Source of the DNA: an uncultured virus (IMG/VR IMGVR_UViG_3300028384_001589)
Taxonomy: Duplodnaviria > Heunggongvirae > Uroviricota > Caudoviricetes
DNA length: 64,000 bases
Direction: 5' to 3' (one strand)
Virus record (IMG/VR): IMGVR_UViG_3300028384_001589
The notes beneath the pieces are model-generated. The model had not been told where the DNA came from, did not search any database, and saw nothing but the letters and a program-made list of their open reading frames with translations. Below are positions 59,814-64,000 of the stretch, in pieces (the first letter of the stretch is position 1; each line of letters begins with the position of its first letter). The translations under genes were made by a program, and so were the position numbers.

Positions 59814-60147
59814 AGGTATATGTTTTAAGGGGAGTGGAGAATCATCTCAATGGATGCCAAAGTATATTCCTTGGCTTTATCCAGGTACACTTAACATAAA
59901 ACTACAAGTTCCTAAACCTAAAATACAATGGGAACAAATCATAGACAATCATTATTCGAAAGAACGTCCTGATAGATGTCATGATATTAAAATTGCTAAA
60001 TGCAAAATTAACAACGAAGATGCCTTTGTTGTACTTCCGCCATGTGCAAAAGAACACAAAAAACTAAATGTAGAAATTGGTGCTACGTTTAAAATTAGAG
60101 ATAAGTTTGATTTAAAAGACGGTGACGAAGTAGAAATTGAATTTTAA
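59803..60147 (+). CDS. archaeal-type CTP-dependent riboflavin kinase-like protein (DUF120)
   Basis: KG...KGSGE, YPGTLN, EI.A...IR..F.LKDGDEVEI; GTG start after AAGGAG. Confidence 0.7.
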   Translation: MKIKGICFKGSGESSQWMPKYIPWLYPGTLNIKLQVPKPKIQWEQIIDNHYSKERPDRCHDIKIAKCKINNEDAFVVLPPCAKEHKKLNVEIGATFKIRDKFDLKDGDEVEIEF

Positions 60148-60836
60148 ATATTCTTAGTTAAACTTTCACTGTTAATATTTGTTCCAATTGAATAAAAAGG
60201 ATGTAATCTTGCAACAGGAACTGACGTTGTCTTTAGTTGTAACAAGTGCGAACCAATTTGTTGATCAGCGGCGACAATCATACCGTGTTCATTTACAAAG
60301 TTTATTAAAATATTTGCCGCTTCAGGCTTAATAATATAACTCCATGCACCTCTAAAATAATTACCTACATACTGTAGTACTTTTTTACCTTTTGCTTGTT
60401 TGTTATAGTAATCAATTACTTCTACTTCTTGCTTTAAACTCTTTGTAATAACTTCGTTATAGTGTTTACTAAAAGGATCGTAATTATCTAATTTACATAC
60501 ATGATCAAATTTACCCCATATGTCGTCAGGTAATTCTCTAATAAAATATCCGTCGTGTTCAAGAATAACATAAGGAATACCATCTTCAGCACATTGCTTC
60601 CATAATGAAAGATGACTAAGGAAACACCCTATTACTCCTTTACGTCCTTTTTTTACTTTGCCTATACGAGTAACTCCCAAGTCTATACAGTGTTTAGCAT
60701 AGTCGTTGCCGTTAATAGCATCAAAGTATTCAACAGGAATACCAAAGAGTTCTGCTTGTGCTACAGACTCTTTTGCAATTTTTGTTGAATGATCGTTATC
60801 TTTTAATCTGATTATTTTTGTTTTAAATCGTGGCAT
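60144..60836 (-). CDS. glycosyltransferase family 25
   Basis: FDAING, GCFLSH..LW, ILEHD, AWSYII.P.AA. Confidence 0.85.
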   Translation of the reverse strand: MPRFKTKIIRLKDNDHSTKIAKESVAQAELFGIPVEYFDAINGNDYAKHCIDLGVTRIGKVKKGRKGVIGCFLSHLSLWKQCAEDGIPYVILEHDGYFIRELPDDIWGKFDHVCKLDNYDPFSKHYNEVITKSLKQEVEVIDYYNKQAKGKKVLQYVGNYFRGAWSYIIKPEAANILINFVNEHGMIVAADQQIGSHLLQLKTTSVPVARLHPFYSIGTNINSESLTKNI

Positions 60837-61275
60837 CTTCCATTCCTGCTACACGTAATTTAGTAATGTTAGTAAGTTGCCATTGCTTTTGATCTAAGCC
60901 TTTGGTAATGCCTAACCATTTATTACGCATCAGGGCAAATTCGTTAATGATCTTTTCCATGTCGACTACGTCTGCTTCACCGTCAACATATTTTTCTACA
61001 TCACGACTGCTTAATGCTCTTTGATAGTTTTCAAGATATTTTTTAAAAAAAGAACTACGCAATCTACGTAGTTCAATATTTAGGTACTCGAGTATTGCTT
61101 CAAGTTCTTGAAGTTGGTTAAAGCGATGCTCAACAAGACCAGGCATATTAGCCGCGGCCTTTTCAATGTTGCCGTATATACGACACTCTGACTTCGCTTC
61201 AACCAACTCGTCTTCATAGTATTGTAAGGCGTCTGGGATCTTGCTAATATCTTTTGATATTTTGCTATACCACAT
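60823..61275 (-). CDS. uvsY: UvsY recombination mediator
   Basis: Helical 150 aa, ALSSRDVEKYVDGE, KQWQL.NI.KLR.AG; next to uvsX. Confidence 0.8.
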   Translation of the reverse strand: MWYSKISKDISKIPDALQYYEDELVEAKSECRIYGNIEKAAANMPGLVEHRFNQLQELEAILEYLNIELRRLRSSFFKKYLENYQRALSSRDVEKYVDGEADVVDMEKIINEFALMRNKWLGITKGLDQKQWQLTNITKLRVAGMEDATI

Positions 61276-61277
61276 GG

Positions 61278-61505
61278 TTAATCCCAGTCGTCGTCTTCCG
61301 CGGTCATTTCTTCATCAATATCAAGATAATAATTGATTGCCGCATCAAGATAATCACAAACTCCTAAAGAATCCTTCATTGCTTCATCACTTGAACCATA
61401 ATCTGCAAGAAGATCAACAAATCTTTCTGCTACAGTTTCAAGATGTTTTTTGTCAATGTGTTCTTTAAAAAGATTCCATGTATCTACTATTTGTGAACTT
61501 TCCAT
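61278..61505 (-). CDS. small acidic hypothetical protein
   Basis: ORF track. Confidence 0.7.
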   Translation of the reverse strand: MESSQIVDTWNLFKEHIDKKHLETVAERFVDLLADYGSSDEAMKDSLGVCDYLDAAINYYLDIDEEMTAEDDDWD

Positions 61506-61511
61506 AAAGTC

Positions 61512-62591
61512 TTACTCCTCGGTGATTGGCTCTGCAACAGTTTCTTCTACTGTCTCTGTAGTTACCTCTTCTACAAGATTGCTGAAATCATTCATGACTT
61601 TGTCAAGTAGTTCGCCACCTGCTTCCCAGGCCTTACGATACTCTTTGATTTCTTCACCTGTACTTGAAACATACTTGAGTCTATTTCCATCCTTTTTCAA
61701 AATGTCTTTTTTCTCAAATAAGTCAACAAGACCACTATATGGATTCATACCAGTTTCATAAGGAATCTTAACTTGCACACCTTCAAACGGTTTTGCATAT
61801 CTTGTTTTCATTACCTTACAACCTGCACGAATACCACGTACTTCAGATATTTTATTACCTGCTTCATCTTCTTTTAGTTTTAGTTTTTTCATTGCTACAA
61901 CAATTGAAGATGCATAGATAAATCCTTGACCACCTGAAATTTTATCATCTGGATCAAACATATCTTGCGATGCATATGTGTGGTTAGTACATACAAGTCC
62001 TACATTGTGTGAACCAATCATGTTAACTGTGTTACGAACAAGTGCAGTCAATGCCTTAGGCTTACGACCCATATCACCCTTCATATCACCTTTGTTAAAC
62101 TGATCAACATCTGTAGGTGTTAGTAACATACCCAATGAGTCAATAACAAACAGTACCTTAGGACGTTCTTCTTCCGGCATATCTTTATAGTCTGCCATAA
62201 ACGTTGATACTGTTTTAGCAACATCATCAATCATGCTCATGTTAAGTTTTAATAGTTTATCTTCGCTTGTGTCTACGTCAAGTGCTTGTAACCATGCTTC
62301 GTCAAGTGCATTCTCCGAGTCAATAAGAACTACAAAGATGCCTTGATCCTGTGCCGCCTTTACAATATTACCTGAACAAATGTAAGACTTACCTGCACCG
62401 GATTCACCTGCAAATACAGTTACTTTACCTAATGGAACACCTTTATTAAAGTCACCACTAATAAGATAATTGAGTGCATAGTTACCTGTACTAATCCAAT
62501 CAGTCGGATCGTTAAATCCTGCACTCATACCTGTGATCGACTTAGTTAAGTTTTTACGAAACTTAGAAACGTCAAATGCTTTATTAGCCAT
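61512..62591 (-). CDS. uvsX: UvsX/RecA-like recombinase
   Basis: WISTG...LN.LISG, AGESGAGKS, IDSENA, VIDSLG, SGGQG.IYASS. Confidence 0.95.
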   Translation of the reverse strand: MANKAFDVSKFRKNLTKSITGMSAGFNDPTDWISTGNYALNYLISGDFNKGVPLGKVTVFAGESGAGKSYICSGNIVKAAQDQGIFVVLIDSENALDEAWLQALDVDTSEDKLLKLNMSMIDDVAKTVSTFMADYKDMPEEERPKVLFVIDSLGMLLTPTDVDQFNKGDMKGDMGRKPKALTALVRNTVNMIGSHNVGLVCTNHTYASQDMFDPDDKISGGQGFIYASSIVVAMKKLKLKEDEAGNKISEVRGIRAGCKVMKTRYAKPFEGVQVKIPYETGMNPYSGLVDLFEKKDILKKDGNRLKYVSSTGEEIKEYRKAWEAGGELLDKVMNDFSNLVEEVTTETVEETVAEPITEE

Positions 62592-62611
62592 TACTTCTCC
62601 TTTAGCAATTC

Positions 62612-62635
62612 GGGAGTAGACATAAGCCTACTCCC
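62612..62635 (-). promoter_or_regulatory. intergenic hairpin between gp32 and uvsX
   Basis: GGGAGTAG/CTACTCCC inverted repeat with no U tract. Confidence 0.5.
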
Positions 62636-62648
62636 TTAATGTGTTTGC

Positions 62649-63641
62649 TTATGACTGACGTGAACGGATCATTGCAAGAATGTCTTCCGCCTTGTTATCA
62701 GTTTTAGGTGCTTCTGCTTCTACTGCTGGTGCAGTTGGAGTTGCTTCTACCACTGGTTCAGCCGCTGGTGCTGGTGCAGTTGCTGGAGCACTCTGACTCG
62801 TTGCAGTTGCATTACTTGATGCCGCTACATTCGGATCACCTGTTCTTGCCGCCATTCCCGCTGGACGGAAATATTGACCAAAACGTTCTGGATCGTATGC
62901 TTCACCGTCAACAGATGCTTGGAACATCTCTTGCATTACCTTAAGTTCTACATCTGTAGGTTTCTTAGGTAAAAAGTCTCCCAAGTTAAACAAGCCATGC
63001 TTGTCAATTGCCGCCTTCTCATCTTCAGTGATTGGACGCTCTCTACGAGCCCAGTTTGAAGTTGAGTAGTCTGCATAACCACCTTTAGAAGTTTTTACAA
63101 TTCTAAAGTCTACACCTGCTGTGTAGTCTGTTGGCAGTTCTTCCATGTCCGGATCAAGTAGAGCAGATTTAATTAATTGGAAAATTTGTGGACCAATAAT
63201 AAAACGTCTAATTGGATTTTCTGGAAGTGACTCCTCGTTAAGTCCGTTTTCAGTTACGAACCCTTGGAAAATGTATGAACGCTTCTTCCAATACTTACGA
63301 CCCATATCTTCAAGAGTTGGATCTTTAAACCAACCACGTACTTCGTTAAGAATTGCACATGATTCGCCGTACATTTCCATACATGGAATCTGTACTTGTA
63401 CTGGACGACTGTCCGTTTCACCTTTCACACCTGCGAAAGGAAGTTTGATCATCAAACGTTCTTTCCAAAAGAAGTCTGCATTTTGATCACCATCAGGTAA
63501 GAAACGTACAGTTGACTGTTCGCCTTCCTTCAAGTTCCAAAATGGGTAAATTGCGTTGTCGCCGCCGCTTGATTGATTAGAACCACCTGTGCGTGATTCT
63601 GCTTCTTTAAGTTTAGCACGAATTTCTGCTAATGTTGCCAT
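62649..63641 (-). CDS. gp32-like single-stranded DNA-binding protein
   Basis: VRFLPD, YWKKRSYIFQG, G.QIF, G.DF...K..KGGYADYS.S.W, Ala/Pro linker. Confidence 0.9.
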   Translation of the reverse strand: MATLAEIRAKLKEAESRTGGSNQSSGGDNAIYPFWNLKEGEQSTVRFLPDGDQNADFFWKERLMIKLPFAGVKGETDSRPVQVQIPCMEMYGESCAILNEVRGWFKDPTLEDMGRKYWKKRSYIFQGFVTENGLNEESLPENPIRRFIIGPQIFQLIKSALLDPDMEELPTDYTAGVDFRIVKTSKGGYADYSTSNWARRERPITEDEKAAIDKHGLFNLGDFLPKKPTDVELKVMQEMFQASVDGEAYDPERFGQYFRPAGMAARTGDPNVAASSNATATSQSAPATAPAPAAEPVVEATPTAPAVEAEAPKTDNKAEDILAMIRSRQS

Positions 63642-63763
63642 AATAATGCCTCCTATATAAAATGCCTTTGGCTGTGTTGTGCCTTGATTGTGTTTAGCAC
63701 ATAATATACACTATACACAAACTTACTTATAAAGTCAAGTGAAACTTTGTCAAAAAACTGAAA

Positions 63764-64000
63764 TTATTGTTCCAATCCTGCCAAAGTTTTAATTCTTGAC
63801 ATTTCTTCGTCTTGGCCTGTTACCAATTCCTGCATGATTTCTGTTGCATCTCTAATTGCTTCATCACCATACTTCTTTTCAACTGCTGTCATTACAGCCG
63901 TTTCACCTTTAGGGAATTGGTTAGTAGTATAATCAAAGTGTCCTTTGATAAACTCATCTAAAGGTAATTCTTCTTCTTCTTTGTCTTTTAACTCGTCTGG
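63764..64000 (-). CDS. 3' end of an acidic protein ending RIKTLAGLEQ (partial)
   Basis: Open frame from the window edge to TAA at 63764. Confidence 0.7.
   Translation of the reverse strand, partial: PDELKDKEEEELPLDEFIKGHFDYTTNQFPKGETAVMTAVEKKYGDEAIRDATEIMQELVTGQDEEMSRIKTLAGLEQ

Noticed and set aside
30097..63641. Many short antisense or alternative-frame ORFs inside replication and modification genes
   Set aside because: They are nested in well-supported CDSs and have no RBS or recognisable motifs.

Overview
A 64-kb slice of a large lytic dsDNA phage with T4-like replication genes (uvsX, uvsY, uvsW, gp32, gp41-like helicase, primase) and jumbo-phage features such as a stand-alone minimal DNA Pol III alpha core. 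The host is plausibly an alphaproteobacterium; this is inferred from the Shemin-pathway ALA synthase. The standard genetic code is used and no CRISPR array was found. Layout: (i) 0.6-9 kb, small host-interaction and cofactor genes (pqqA peptide, DUF3563, hemA, ybaN, 2OG oxygenases, M15 peptidase, AlgH/YqgE, orphan MjaI-like nuclease). (ii) 9.7-26.1 kb, an early-gene region of about 21 promoter-plus-short-gene cassettes with 3 tRNAs; 15 leaders share the RBS GAGGGCA. It is interrupted by an origin-like non-coding block at 18.2-19.6 kb with 7 phased DnaA boxes. (iii) 26.1-30.1 kb, a repeat-rich non-coding patch, PAAR and late genes, and a glutamine riboswitch. (iv) 30.1-64 kb, a mostly minus-strand block of replication genes interleaved with glycosyltransferase, 2OG-oxygenase, radical SAM and amidinotransferase genes. 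The best novel candidate is a double hairpin at the 3' end of the AAA-ATPase gene (25151-25233) whose two loops both display GCCCUC, antisense to the shared GAGGGCA leader. This suggests a phage-wide antisense translational switch. All family calls come from motif recognition by eye, not database searches.
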